Assembly: GCF_009914755.1 (NCBI RefSeq)
Contig: NC_060932.1
Direction: 5' to 3' (one strand)
Source: the human T2T-CHM13v2.0 reference genome, Homo sapiens
DNA: 64,000 nucleotides
The first letter of the stretch is position 1; the number at the start of each line of letters is the position of its first letter. A program made the translations under genes and the position numbers. The notes under the pieces were generated by a model, which was given only the letters and a program-made list of their open reading frames with translations, ran no database searches and was not told the origin of the DNA. This document shows positions 40,942 to 55,195 of this stretch, one piece after another.

Positions 40942-42212
40942 TTGCATTGGTGCAAAAGTAATTGTGGTTTTTGCATTGTTGGAATTTGCTGTTTGATATT
41001 GTAATACATTCTTAAATGTGGTTATATTATACATTATCTTAATGTGCATTTCTCGCTCTACGTTTTTTTGCTAACGACTTGTTACTTGCTGTTTATTTCA
41101 TATTTATTTTAGACTACGGAAATGATGTTAGGCAAAAAGCAAATTCAAGCAATTTTCTTATTCAAGTTCAAAATGAGTCATAAAGCAGCAGCAATAACTC
41201 GCTACATCAATAATGCATTTGGCCCAGGAAGTGCAAACGAATGTACAGTGCAGTGGTGGTTTAAGAAGTTTTGAAAAGGAAATGAGAGTCTTGAAAATGA
41301 GTAGCATGGTGGCCAGACATTGGAAGTTGACAATGGCCAATTGAGAGCAATCATTGAAGGTGATCCTCCTACAACACAAGAAGTTGTGGAAGAGCTAAAT
41401 GTTGACCATTCTACAGTCATTCGGCATTTGAAGCAAATTGGAAAGGTGAAGAAGCTCGATAAGTAGGTGCCTCATGAGCTGAGTGAAAATCAAAAAGAAT
41501 TGTTTTGAAGTGTCATCTTCTCATTCTACCCAACAACAACGAACCATTTCTCAATTGGATTGTCTCATGTGACAAAAAGTTGATTTTATACAAGTGGTGA
41601 TGACTAGCTTAGTGGCTGGACCAAGAAGAGGTTCCAAAGCATTTCCCAAAGCCAAATTTGTCTCAAAAAAAAAAGGTTATGGTCACTGTTTGGTGGTCTA
41701 CTGCCAGTCTGATCCACTACAGCCTTCCAAATTCTGGTGAAACCATTACATCTGAGAAGTATGCTCAGCAAATCGATGAGATGCACCAAAAACTGCAATG
41801 CCTGCAGCCGGCATTGGTCAACAGTTAGGGCCCAATTCTTCTCCACAACAATGCCCGACCGCACGGTGCACAAACAGTGCTTCAAAAGTTGAACAAATTG
41901 GGCTACCAAGTTTTGTCTCATCTGCCATATTCACCTCACCTCTCGTCAACCGACTACCACTTGTCCAAGCATCTGGGCAACTTTTTGCAGGGAAAACGCT
42001 TGCACAATCAGCAGGATGCAGAAAATGCTTTCCAAGAGTTTGTCAAATTCTGAATCATGGATTTTTATGCTACAGGAACAAACAAACTTATTTCTCATTG
42101 GCAAAATGTGTTGATTGTAATGGTTCCCCTTTTGATTAATAAAGATGTGCTTGAGACTAGTTTGATTTAAAATTTATGGTCCAAAACCTCAATTATTTTT
42201 GTGCCACAATTT
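40942..42212 (+). mobile_element. full-length Hsmar1 mariner DNA transposon
   Basis: left TIR ttgcattggtgcaaaagtaattgtggtttt after TA; degenerate right TIR aaaacctcaattatttttgtgcc; ~1.27 kb; Hsmar1 transposase inside. Confidence 0.96.
41116..42139 (+). pseudogene. disabled Hsmar1 (DD34D mariner) transposase
   Basis: fragments read MMLGKKQIQAIFLFKFKM, ERTVQWWFKKF-like, VMVTVWWS, HNNARPH, YSPHLSSTDYH, CVDCNGSPFD*; first ATG is ACG; in-frame stops (the W of WVPHEL is TAG) and frameshifts. Confidence 0.93.
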
Positions 42213-42539
42213 AGATGTCCCAATTTTTTCATTAATTCTGTTATTGTGGTGCTAATTAAGAATGAAATTTTCAATTATTAAGTCAACTTTGTATTATTAA
42301 AATAAATCCAAACTGATCACGGTGTTTTTTTCTATTTATATATTGCTGGATTCATTTTCCTGATACTTTATTAGGATTGATACTTTTTTGTCTTTTGTGA
42401 GATTTTCCTGCAATTTTACTACAAGTTAGTAAATTTTGCAACAAATGGAGTAATTATACCACAACATAGGGTTTGGTGTTGGTATCAGGGTTATGAGAAC
42501 CTTATAAAAAGTGTTGGAAAATCTTTTTTTGATCTGTTT

Positions 42540-43019
42540 TGTTAAAGAAAATCAGAGCCTGACAGTAGTTAAGGTGGTAAAACCAGATTTTATCCAGGAA
42601 CTATAACAATATAGAAAAATAGACCTCCGTATAGTACTGGGTTCAATTCTGGATATAGCAAGAACAAGTAGGGATTTACAGCCCAAGGGTGGGATGCGGG
42701 GAGGGTCAGTGGATCTGAAGCTACTAAGAGAAAACATCAACTGTAGGGAGAATTTTTTGCTAAACTGACCTAACAGGATTCTTGCTGAAGGCAGGCCAGA
42801 GTTTTCAGATATTAATGGTGGAGGATGAGAAACTTGATCCGAAATCCAGAATGATCAAGTATCAAGGGTGGTGTATTTTTTTCTAAGCTGTTGTGGCAGG
42901 ACAGAAATCTTGCTAAACCTGGACTGTGCAGGCCCAGCAAGAACGGGGACCACTGTCAAGGTCTAGTTGAGACAAAGGCTGAGAGGGGCCTGACTAAAGT
43001 TTGGTTAAGTAGTCTATCA
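42540..43019 (-). mobile_element. MER31-like ERV1 solo LTR
   Basis: minus strand begins tgatagactacttaaccaaactttagtcaggc; TG...CA ends; 4-bp TSD gttt/gttc. Confidence 0.8.
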
Positions 43020-44454
43020 GTTCCTCTGAAATAATTTAGATAATGTAATTGTTATTATTGTGATGTGCTGGCTATTACTCCCATACCCTAGCCTTGAAAT
43101 ATTGTTTCTGGGAAGGTTTTAATTAGAGATTTATTTAATAGAATTTTACAAATCAGAATTTCTTATTTTTCTTATTTTGGTTTTAAAAAGTTGGTGCTTT
43201 TCAACATTTTAAAATTTTATCTACATTGTTCATTATGTTGACATAAAATGTTAATGCATTCATCTGGCATATTTTATGCCTAGTTAATTTTTACTGAATG
43301 CTGGTCTTTGGTTATTAATTAGTATAGAGCTGCTTTGAGCTCTGGCTGAGGCTGTTTACATTCATAGAGTATTTATTTAGTAGGTAGCAAGTAGTTAGGG
43401 TAGGATAAAATCATTTCATCCAATCAAATATTGAGCTGAAACAATGTTGGTTGTCTACTTTTTTAAGACCTTGCTTATGCACCATCTAACCTTGGTTCTT
43501 GCTGGCAGCTCTGTATGGTCCCACTGGAAAGCATGCAATGATTACCTGTGCCCTGCTCATTAGTGGGACTTGAATTCCCTAATTGTATGAGATTGCCAAG
43601 AGTGATGTTATCTTCTCAACCTTTCGGTGCCCCTTAAAGAAGCAGTAAACATCTCACGTGGAAAAACGGTTCAATGTATTTAATTGATATTCTGGACTCC
43701 TCTTCCCTCAGGAATGTTGGCCTACAAGTATCCATTGCCTTGGTAGCTCCTGATTTATTCAAATGCACGAGAATGACATTGCCCTCAATTTTGACTATTC
43801 AGAAACTGTAGAACAAGCTGACAATGGAAATACAGCAATAGAGATGCTTAGGCAAATCCAATACAGGTGATATTCTTTATTTTGTCTTCAGTGTTGTACC
43901 TAGGTATGATACATCCTTTCAAACCATAAAGAAGAAACAGATTAAGTAAGATATCAATTTCTAAGTTTGTTACAGGGCATGTGTAGTGAGATTTTTCTAA
44001 TCAGATTATAATTTAACTTCAGAGTGTCTGAATTTATACAAAATTAATTTATTAGTAAAAGATATTAAAGACACAGAGTTAATGTAGAGTACTGAAAAAT
44101 TTCTAGGAATTTAGTTATTATTGTAACATTATAATAACAAAGAAGAGACCAAAGAAAGTTTTTTGCTCATATATTCATAATTCAAAATGTTGTCCAATAG
44201 AGCTTGTGAAGAGCTTTAATTAAAAGAAATATATAATTTCCAGAAAAAAGGTCAAATATGGGTTAAGGAAAAAAGACGTAATAGATAAGCTTTTAAAATG
44301 TGATGGTATTTTAGGCAACATAAATAAGGGTGGAGTTTTCCCTAAATTAAAAAAAATCTTCTAATTTTAAAATATTTTAAGAATATGAAAAAGGGTGATT
44401 ACGGAAATAAGAAATAAATTATAAAATATAAAATAAAGTTTTATTATCAGCATC

Positions 44455-44670
44455 GATAACTAGTTAAAATCTCAGCTCATTTACCAGATAGATAACATTG
44501 GGCAAACCACTTAATCTCTTGGAATTTCAATTTACTAATCTTTAAAATAGGTCTAATAGCACTGATTTCATGTTACTTCTATAATCTCAGATGTGATCAT
44601 ACATAATAGCAGCATGTGCATTCAGATCTTGGTATATATTAGTGGCTTGACACTTGTTTGTTGATGATAA
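44455..44670 (+). mobile_element. MIR SINE
   Basis: ttgggcaaaccacttaatctcttggaatttcaatttactaatctttaaaatagg. Confidence 0.7.
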
Positions 44671-44784
44671 CATATTTAGTGTACATAGTAACAACCCAAT
44701 GCACAGATTATTAATAATATTAAAATTGGCTTGTTGAATCAAAGCAATGGAAATTTTTGCATAATTTCAACAACATATGTAGGA

Positions 44785-45050
44785 GCATATGAAGGAAGGA
44801 TTGGCAAGAGGAGGAGTTGAGCTCTGTAACATTTCCACAAGAGAGTTCAGCCAACCCTACAGAGTGTAACTGAGATAAAGGAGTCAGGCCTTTGCACTCC
44901 ACATCAACCATTATTGATTATGAACAGCATTCAGCGAAGGGCCAGGGCCTCGGGCAGTAAAGTTCTCTCTGGTGAAAGGCAGATACTGGATAGAGACTCA
45001 GTCAGCCAAGGATTATCAACAGCCACCCAAATCCCAGTAGTGGTCAAAAT
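44785..45050 (-). mobile_element. ERVL LTR16-like relic
   Basis: gaaggattggcaagaggaggagttgagct...tcagccaaccctacagag...caggcctttgcactccacatcaacca. Confidence 0.5.
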
Positions 45051-45056
45051 GAGTGC

Positions 45057-45636
45057 TGGGACAGTTAACATTAGGTGTCAACTTGACTGGATTGAGGGAC
45101 ACCTAGATGACTGGTGAAGTATTGTTTCTGGAGGTATCTGTGAGGATGTTGCTGGAGGAGCTTGAAATTTGAGTCAGTGGACTGGGTGAGGAAAACCAAC
45201 TCTCATTGTGGGTGGGCATCATCCAGTCAGGCTGCCAGCATGGTTAGAACAAAGCAGGTGGAATGAGGTAAGATAAGTTTTCTTGTTTTCTGGCTTTTTT
45301 TTTTCTTGTGCCAGACACTTGCTTCTTCTCCTCCTGCCCCTGGACATCAAACTCAAGGTTCTTCAGCCTATGGACTCTGGGACTTGCACCAGTGGTCTCC
45401 CGGAGGATCTCGAGTCCTTGGCCGCAGACTGAAGCCTGCACAATTGACTTACCTGGTTTTGTGGCTTTAAGACTTGGACTGAGCCACTGCCAGATTCTCT
45501 CCTTCCCCACCTTGCAGACGGCTTTTTATGAAACTTCGATTTGTAATCCTGTGAGCCAATTATCCCTAATAAATCTCCTTTTATATCTACATATATCTTA
45601 TTGGTTCTATTTCTCTGGAGAACCCTGACTAAAATA
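45057..45636 (+). mobile_element. MLT2B-like ERVL solo LTR
   Basis: gttaacattaggtgtcaacttgactggattgaggg...ttctctggagaaccctgactaa. Confidence 0.92.
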
Positions 45637-47614
45637 AATCCTTTAATCCAAATCAAATAGGAACTTATTGACATTGTAGCTCTCTCTCTCTCCCTTTCTT
45701 TCTCTCTCTCTCTATGTATATAATATATATAAATTTTACAATTAAACATACTAAGTATGCTTTGTAAATAAGCTTGAACTAATTTATGATGGTAAACCTT
45801 TAATTTAGTGGATTTTGATCTAAGTTTATTTTTACAATAAGAGCAAATGAGAGTATAAACTAATAATACGTTCACTAGATAGGCAAACCTCATATTTTTA
45901 ATACTGAATTCATAAAATTGTAAAGCATCTCAATTCCTGTAGAGAAAATTATTCCTCTGGCAACACAGAAAACAAGCCATTCTGAAGGTTCCAATGATAT
46001 CAGGCATTCAGCCAGATTTCAACAAAAACATACATTTCTATAAAACTATTTGACACATTCTTTGAGAAGCCTTTTCTTATCTGTTTGAAATTCACACCTA
46101 TTCACATACATATCAAGATCATAATAAACATTTTCTCTGAAGACAAAGAATGTAGGGCAGAATTCAGAGAGTGAAATTCCTCCCAAGACATTAAGTAAAA
46201 AAACATAAACTATTAAGTTTCATTTTACTCTGAAGAATAAATAATTTGTAAGATAAAAAAATACTCATGTGCTTATTATTTTATAAAGTACACATTTTAT
46301 GTATTTTGAAAATAATTGGACTTTTTAAAAAGAATTTTCTAGTTTTTACACTGGAAACACAAATATTGTAGAATTTATATTCAAAGCTGAAATTCTTAGA
46401 TATACAAACATAGGTTGTTTAGAAATTCCTTATCTCATATAATCCTTGTGTAGAAATGTGACCCTTAACATTTGGAGACCTTTCATCTGTGGTGAATCTC
46501 AGATTGCTTCTCAAAGGGTGTGAAAAGTATTTCTCGAACAGTATTTCTAACAGGGGATGAAATGTCTGTTGAAACAGAAACTGTAGAAAAACATTTGATA
46601 TAGCGATGATATATCTATGGCTATAACAAACAAATCAGGTCACTAGTAAGTAGAACTAGAAAAGAGTCTGATTCCTTAATATAGATTTGTATTCTTTTGT
46701 TCTGAATAATAAAATATGTCCACAATTAGGTACAGAAAGAAAGGGGGTGGGGAGGGAGAGAGAAAGAAGGAGAGAGAAAGGAGAGAGCAAGAAGAAACAC
46801 AAATGAGATAAAATCTCAGAGTAGCCACTTAAGAATCTTGTAAATATATGTATGAATTTGAAATCTCAGGTAATTATATATGGATTCCACAACTATTATG
46901 TATCTTATTACTTGTCTTGGACAATTTATTGATATTGATATTGTTCAATTTTATTTGGGTAACTGAGAATAGTAAATTATATTTTTACACAAACATTATG
47001 CAAACAGAAATATGTTATTCCATGTAAAATCCTTTTTCCAAGAATGACTTTATGAATACATGTATTATAAATTATTATTAATATTATTAATGCAAGTATA
47101 TAGTATCATATTTTAAGAGAGAGATGCTTACAACTGAGGACTGAATTAGATGAATACCATTTATAATTCAATTACTAATTTGAAACAATGAAATATACTC
47201 AAAGGAAAATCAGCAATACTGAATTTATTTAGACAAATTGGTTTCTAAACCTCTTCATCCAGCTGTATGAGATTTGTAATTTTTTTAGGGACCTGTTGCT
47301 TAACATATCAACCATTCTTCAGCAATTCCTTGGATTCAGAGACTTACCTAATATTCTATATGTATTGCTGGAATATCCAGAAAAAATGTTTACCTCTATT
47401 GGATTTTGTACTTCATTCTCAAATCTTAACAATATGAGTTACATATTAATTTAATCAACATATTATAATTCAATTAAAGTTAATAAATATAGTAAGAGGA
47501 GCTCAAATTCAAGAAAACTCATTTGTTTCAGTAAGTTTAGCACACAATTTACTCAGTCTTGGGTACTAGGATAAACACTGTAAATTAGATGATGAAGGAA
47601 ATAACCAAAACTAC

Positions 47615-48551
47615 TGACACAGGTTTCTTTCAGTGCACCTTCAACCAGCCAGAAATCTCCACAGCCAGCATGGCCTCTGCCTGGGCCTCACTTGGCTCTG
47701 GGCTTGCCACTTGGCTCGCTCTACCCTCTTGGCCCAGTGAGCTGCACTCCTTTTATGCCCCAGTCCGGATCCCATGCTCACCATGGGATCTGTGCTCAGC
47801 CTGCAACTGGGTTGAGTGTGCCACCACCTGCTTCCACCTTGGGATACAGCATCACCCCAAAAGTCAGAGATGCCAGCAACTGCAGAGCCCCAAGGGGTAT
47901 TATGGCTCTTGCATGGGGAATCACAAGTTCTGAGCCTCCAAGAACTGTTACAGCTCTCTCTCCTTCCCGTGGCCTGCAGCATGGCAAATGGGAGCATGTT
48001 ACAGCTTTGGCTTGGAGAGTCCCAATGTCTGGACCCCCAGAAGAGTAGCAACTTTTTCATTCCCACTACCCACAGCTAAGTAAGGTGGCCCAGATCGTGT
48101 TACAGCCCTTTTTGCTCCTGCCTTTGGCAAGTTCCCAGTTCTTGTCCTGCGACCAAGAAAAATGAGGTTACACAGACACCTAAGAGTGAGCAAGGCTGGG
48201 AAGAATTTTACTGAGCAAAAGAAAAGCTCTCAACAGTCAGAGGGGATCCAAAGTGGGTAGTCTTCTATGTGAGAGGGGGACCAAAAGCAGACAGCCCAGT
48301 GTGTAGCTGAGTCTGAGGTTTTTATGGGCTCAGAATATAGACTGCATGCTGATTGGTCCATGGACAGGACTGGAAAAAATGCCATGTGATTGACTAAAAG
48401 GCATCAAGGAAGTTCTCACTCTGGTCATGCACTCTACCGGAAACTGACAGCTCACTATTCAGGCTTCAAACTGTCTTTGGTTTTAAGTTTGGGTTTCACC
48501 GGGGACCCATGCCTATTTGCCTAGGAATTTATCTGCCCCCTGATTCTATCA
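47615..48551 (-). mobile_element. ERV1 solo LTR of the LTR27/LTR28/MER52 group, 937 bp
   Basis: TG...CA termini, perfect 4-bp TSD ctac (47611-47614, 48552-48555), recurrent tgttacagc motifs, gctgattggtccatgg. Confidence 0.8.
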
Positions 48552-49469
48552 CTACTTTATGAAAATCAGAAGCTAATGGAGGAGTCATGGGTGGTTAAGG
48601 TGGTGGTGGGGGTGGTGGTGATGGAGTGGGCAAAGATGTACTTTGCTATGTTAATAAAGATGCATACAAGGGTGAGAGAGTGCAAGGAGGAGAGTACATA
48701 ATTCTACAGAGTGAGCAACAACATTAAAATGGAAAAAAAGTCAAAGGAAAGGATGGCAACTTAATTAAAACTTAAAAAGTGTTAAGAGCCACTTACCAGA
48801 TAAAAGTGAATAAATATTCACATTTTCTCTTGCAATTATAAAATTGGATATTAAAATGGCATTGTTTGTTATGGAGAATGGTCTGAATAAAGAAATGAAC
48901 AAATAAAATTGTATTGTTTCCATGAATAAACTATGTTTAAGCTTAAATTATATTTCTGACTGTTTAAAAAAGTCTTTAGGCTTTAAGCTTCATTTAAATG
49001 GGTCATACTGATACATTATAAAATGATATTAATAGAAACACATACAAAATACTCATCCCAGTATATACCTTTTCTACTTTCAAGAATGCAAATCATATTA
49101 CAGCTTGCATATGTTCAATTCTGCTTCTAACTCCAAAGATAAGCACGTAACCCTTTTAATCTACAGGAAATATGGAAGTTCACATACAAGTCTTTGAAAT
49201 GACAATTTTTATAGGTATTCAAAACAGATTATATCTATCAATTATCCAATCAAAAATCCTCTCAGTAGTATATTTACAGCAAAAGAAGTTTTTAAGCCAA
49301 ATATATGTCATGTCCTTTTTAGCCATGACATTCTAGAATATTTATTAATTTACTTTTCAGTTTAATAAACACCTTTCTAAGTATTGAGCTAAACCTTAGT
49401 TAAATAACTGTATGTGTGTTATAAAATATGTATATAATAATATATGTAATTAGATATGATTTGTTTTAG

Positions 49470-49772
<303 letters not shown>

Positions 49773-50149
49773 AGGCTTTCATAAATGTATACTACAGACA
49801 TTTATATAATTGCTATGAAAAGTAATAAATTGAAATGGAGGCTTGTAATGTATTTTGAGGTTTTAAAAAGTATTCCTGTGGAGATTTAGGAAGGCTTCAC
49901 AGAGATCAACTGTAAAATGATTCTTCTTAACCTCAAAGAATTACAATTTTTCTTAGATGAAATCCAAATGGAAAGGATTATTGTAAGAAAGTATTTGAAG
50001 AAACATGTTGTGAAGTGGGTATAAATACATCATGAATAGAACCTGGAGTCAGACTAGGTCTTTGGTGTAAAAAAAGAAGCCCAGTGAGTTGGAAGTGACC
50101 CAGTGGTTTCTATGGGAGGGAGTTATGCAGCTTTCTGTTTACAATCAAA

Positions 50150-50450
50150 GTCTGTGGAGTCAGGTTGTCTGTCACAATTTACTTTTGAGCCTTTGACAAG
50201 TAGCTTAAACTTCCTAAGCTCATCACCTGAAAAATTGCAATTACTATAAATAATAGCTACAATTTACTTTGTTACACTGTACCTGAGATTATTCTATGCT
50301 TTCCTATTCAATTCTCATTGAATTTAATCCTTATTTAATTCTCACAACACTTTATGAATATTTTTCCCTAATAAGAAAACTAGCACTTAGAAAGTTTAAG
50401 TAATTTCCCAAAGTCAGACAAGTTAATAAGATTTTAGGTCAATTTCCTTC
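50150..50450. mobile_element. two MIR fragments in opposite orientations
   Basis: ttgacaagtagcttaaacttcctaagctc (+); tttaattctcacaacact...aagtaatttcccaaagtcagacaagt (-). Confidence 0.55.
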
Positions 50451-51634
50451 AGTTTTGTTATTAAATGCAATAATGTATAAGAGAAGCAAAAACTTATATA
50501 AAAATATAAAAAGTAATTTGGAAAATTTTATGAAGTTACCTATCTGCTTAAATAAAAAGGGAATCCTAGTTTGGTAATATTTTTATGGTAATCATTTAAT
50601 GTATGCCATTAGATATTTTCATTATATAACTGCTTTTAAACCAAAATGAAGTATAGAGTATTTTTACTGTTCTAAAAATTATTTTTTCTCTGTCTATTCA
50701 TCTTATTCTTCTCCTTAAGTTTTGCCAGTTAAAGTATGTAAAAAACTAACAATAATGAGTGAACAGATGAGGCATCTCATCAGAAATGGACCCAATGGAT
50801 TGGAATTATTTCTAATTTCAAAAATATTTTAGCATATTTTTGACAGTTAAGAGGTTATGTAGTCATGTAATTAGTATAGAAATACTACAAAACACCAATT
50901 TTTATGGCAAAGTATTTTACCAATAACAGGAATGAGGCCAGGATGAGGCTTTACCACATCTATTAGACATTGAAGTGGAGGCCTCAGCTAGTTCAAAAAC
51001 ACCAGAAATCAGAAATAAAACATAGAAATGTGATAAGGAAAAAACCCAGTAATATTTGCAAATGAACTAATTATGTGAGTAGAAAAATTAGAAAATTTCT
51101 GAATACATTTAGATCATTAGACACAAAATAAATATACAACAGTTTTATTACCTTTCACTACCAAAGGGCAGTTTGAAATAAAATCTTGAAAGTGAAACCA
51201 TTTAATAGGAAGTAAACATGCCTAGAAATAAATCTAAATAAGAGATATGTGAGACTAGCACAAATAAAATATAACACATATTATTGAATGAAATTAAAGA
51301 AAACTTACATAGAAATAAAATATTTTACCATGTTCATGGAGTAGATTGAACACTAAAGATACAATTTATCCCCAAATTTACCTATAAATTCAATGATTCA
51401 ATGCAAACCTAGTTGATATCATAAACGACTTTTTAGAATTTGTCATGCTACTTCTAAAATTTACATAAAAATGCAATGGACCAAGAATAGTAAATAAAAT
51501 ATTGTAAAAGCTGGAGGACTGAAACTACATAAAAAGCAAAATTTATTATAAAGCTACAGTGAGGAAGATGCTGGGGTATTGGCAGCAATAGAAAACCAGA
51601 TCAATGAAACAGAATGATGTGTCCAGCAACAGAC

Positions 51635-51636
<2 letters not shown>

Positions 51637-51680
<44 letters not shown>

Positions 51681-51710
51681 GCAAATACACACGTATATAC
51701 ACATACACAC
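51637..51710. repeat. (CA)n microsatellite
   Basis: direct reading. Confidence 0.93.
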
Positions 51711-52267
51711 TTGACAACTGTAGCACTGTAAAGCAAAGAGAATGAACAGTGTTTCTAATAATTAATCTAGGTCAACTATATGTTTATATGGAAGAAAACA
51801 TATATTTTGACCTCCATTCTATGCAAATATCAAGCCCAGGTAAATTTCAGGACTAATATGAAATTAAGAACAATAGATTTTCCAAATGGTGACACTGGGA
51901 GCTCTTTCTGTGAAACTGTGATAGGCAAATAATATAAAAACATAAAAAATATATCAGGAGAAAAGAGATGGATACCTTTGTCTATATTAAAGCTTGGAAC
52001 TTCTTAATAAGAGACTTAACAGTTAAGCCATAAAGTGATGAAAATATTTATAATACAGTACTTATAAACTGCCTAGTCACTAATAAACTAAGCACATTTT
52101 AGTATATTTAGCCACCAGTTGAAGATGTTCCTTTGTGAAATGTCATTTCAAGGTTTTTTTTTTTTTTTTGGCCCATTATTTGACAAAGTTGTTTATCTTT
52201 TTTGTATTATTTTGTAAAGTTTTTTTTTTAAAGATCAAAGATACCAACGTTTGCAAATTGTGTGTAA

Positions 52268-52396
52268 TTTGGTCATATAGTTACTCATCCAAAGTAAGAC
52301 AGGTTTAAGAAATGTAAAGCCATTAACACTTATGCTGGAACAAAAGGTCTATGGGAGCTGTACTACGTTGAACAAAATGAGATATAGGCTTAGCCA
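52268..52396. mobile_element. MER94-like hAT-Blackjack relic
   Basis: catatagttactcatccaaagtaagaca...cattaacacttatgctggaacaaaagg resembles MER94. Confidence 0.45.
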
Positions 52397-52502
52397 TGTG
52401 ATATGTACTGTACAAACATGAGATAACACCAAATACTCAACAGAATGACAATTCATAAAAAGTCTGATGATGATAAGTTTTGAAGTATTGTTTAAAAGGT
52501 AA

Positions 52503-52947
<445 letters not shown>

Positions 52948-53144
52948 TAAATCTATACAGTGGTATACAATGCAGCATTTTACTTTTGGTTAATCAATGA
53001 TGTTTATGAACTAGAGTATCAGGGGAGAACTGTCTTCTATTATTTTCCTATTTGGTTTTATTTTTTAACCTTGGCTTTAAGAAAAATTTGAAAGCCAAAA
53101 GCTATCATTAAGTACCTGACACTCTGCTTTCCCTTTATCTAGAA

Positions 53145-53325
53145 TTTTCTCACTTAATCATTAATATAAATCATGGAAGTATGTATCACTAACTCCCTTG
53201 TACAAGAGAAAACTGAAAAACATAGAAGTTAATTAATGTGCCTAATGTTGCATAACTAGAAAGAGTCATATCTAATATCCACATATGGTCTGGTCCACTT
53301 GAATCATTTTGCTATAATACCCAGC
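53145..53325 (-). mobile_element. MIR SINE
   Basis: gagaaaactgaaaaacatagaagttaattaatgtgcctaatgttgcataactag. Confidence 0.6.
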
Positions 53326-54469
53326 AGACTTACGCAATGGAACAAATGATAATATTCTGAGTGGCTTTCAGAAATGAAATCCTCTTTCACAGTTCTGAAC
53401 TATAGAACTTTCTGTTTTCAATTAATACTCTCAATTCAAAATTTGAGTATCTAATCTACATTTCGAAATTGACACAAAAGGAAGGTGTAAAATTTGCATG
53501 TATATTTTAGCTTAGAAGGTAATATTATATTTTAAAATAGAATTATTGTATCATTTAATGAATTACCTTTCTGTTAACCAGGCTTTTAATTGTTGAATAT
53601 ACTGTAGTTTTATTCAATTAGGATTGAGTTAGTTTGAAACTGGTCTATTTATGGTTCATCTACATCCCAAGCTTGTGGTGGGAAAGCTTAGAAACATTGT
53701 GGTGTTCACTAGGACTCTCACTGGTGGGCCCAGAAGCTCAATGTTGAACACAGAATTCAGTGTTATGAAATTAGTTGAAACTCTGTCTGGTGTTTCAACC
53801 AGCTGCCACTTTTGCCCATCATTTTGCTTTTCAAGTACACTAGAATATTGGTAAAAGGTAAAAAAAAAACCAAGGTTTCCAAGTTTGTAATCTTTCCTCA
53901 ACATTGAATTCTCAAGTTCTGGCTTCTACAGTATTTCTTTAATGACAAGACAAATTCCTTTTAATATGCTTTGTCAAATTTCCTAGACTGCCAAACCAAC
54001 CTCAAAGACAGTAAGTATGCCTTGGCTTAGTCTGCTATGACCTGAGGTTGGTTGACTATTACCAATATATTGGTATTTTTAATAAACTTGAAAACAATAA
54101 TATAACATGAGAATAGACTATTCAGAAAGTATATCAAGTTAGTCACAAAAAAAAAGAAAAAAAAGAATTCTTAAGATGCAAAACATACATGAAAATTGTC
54201 ATGAAATAAAGTCTCACAATTTAATCTCTGATGTATTTCTAATAATATTAAAACCTTAACAAATGTATGTTCTACTCATATGTGAACTATTCTTTTTAGC
54301 GAGAACTAAAAATGTTTTATACATTGGCATCCTTAATGCACAATTATACCCCTCTCCCCTTATTTGACAGAGAACCACCTATTGAGAAGAGTTAAACCAA
54401 TATCATCTTGTCCTTAGATACATGTTGCTTTTTGGCTACATGTCACTACAGAACAATAAAATCTAGGAA

Positions 54470-54523
54470 ATATGTGTGTGTGTATATATATATGTGTGTA
54501 TATATATATATATTGTGTATATA

Positions 54524-54556
<33 letters not shown>

Positions 54557-54564
54557 TGTGTGTG

Positions 54565-54611
<47 letters not shown>
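54470..54611. repeat. compound (TA)n/(TG)n microsatellite
   Basis: direct reading. Confidence 0.95.
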
Positions 54612-54959
54612 TACAGGCAATGTAGTCCTTGTGGAAATTCCTTTAGCCTGAGGAAATACTGCAGAATTAAAGATAGAAACCCCAAAACCCATGCTGTCCT
54701 TTGAATGGATATTTTCTACTCAAACATGTTTATGGAAAGCAACCATAACAGTTTTTGACTAGGGTTAGCTGTGAGTGAGGGAAGCAGGTGATAATAGACC
54801 CGGGAAGACTCAGATATGTTTACTGTCTTTCTTTTCAGAAGCACTCAAATAAAATTGCACAACAATTTCTTAATATGAGGAGGCATTTACTTTTGAATAC
54901 TCAAGGAGGCGATTCCATTTTGAAAGTTAAGAACAGATGTATTATATATTTGAAGAATC

Positions 54960-55195
54960 GTTTTGAGGAATCACCCTGTGTCATTCATTGTGCAAAGCAC
55001 TTTAACCATTATACCTCATTCCGTCCTCCCTAAATATTAAGCCTTAAGTAGTGTATTAACCCCATATTATAAAGCAGAAACAGAGACTTAGACAAGATTA
55101 TTATCATTTCCAGGTTTACAAAGATAGTCAGGTTTGGACAAAAGCCAGAGTTTAGAATTAGATCTTTATTGTCTCTAAAACATATGCTGCTCATA
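54960..55195 (-). mobile_element. MIR SINE
   Basis: cattgtgcaaagcacttta...ccccatattataaagcagaaacagagacttaga. Confidence 0.65.

Noticed and set aside
41116-42139. Possible SETMAR exon
   Set aside because: It has multiple stops and frameshifts, both TIRs, no SET-domain exons nearby, and the third catalytic D is retained, so it is an ordinary dead Hsmar1 copy.
45244-45893. Longest ORF (176 aa) and its neighbours
   Set aside because: They run antisense through the MLT2 LTR and a CT/TA repeat.
47589-48193. Six overlapping ORFs in a GC-rich island
   Set aside because: Explained by a solo ERV1 LTR with TSD; the island is CpG-poor, so it is not a CpG-island promoter.
53747-53799. Two adjacent small inverted repeats (aacac-agaattca-gtgtt; gttgaaac...gtttcaac)
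   Set aside because: The stems are short and match no tRNA, snoRNA or miRNA architecture I recognise; compatible with chance.
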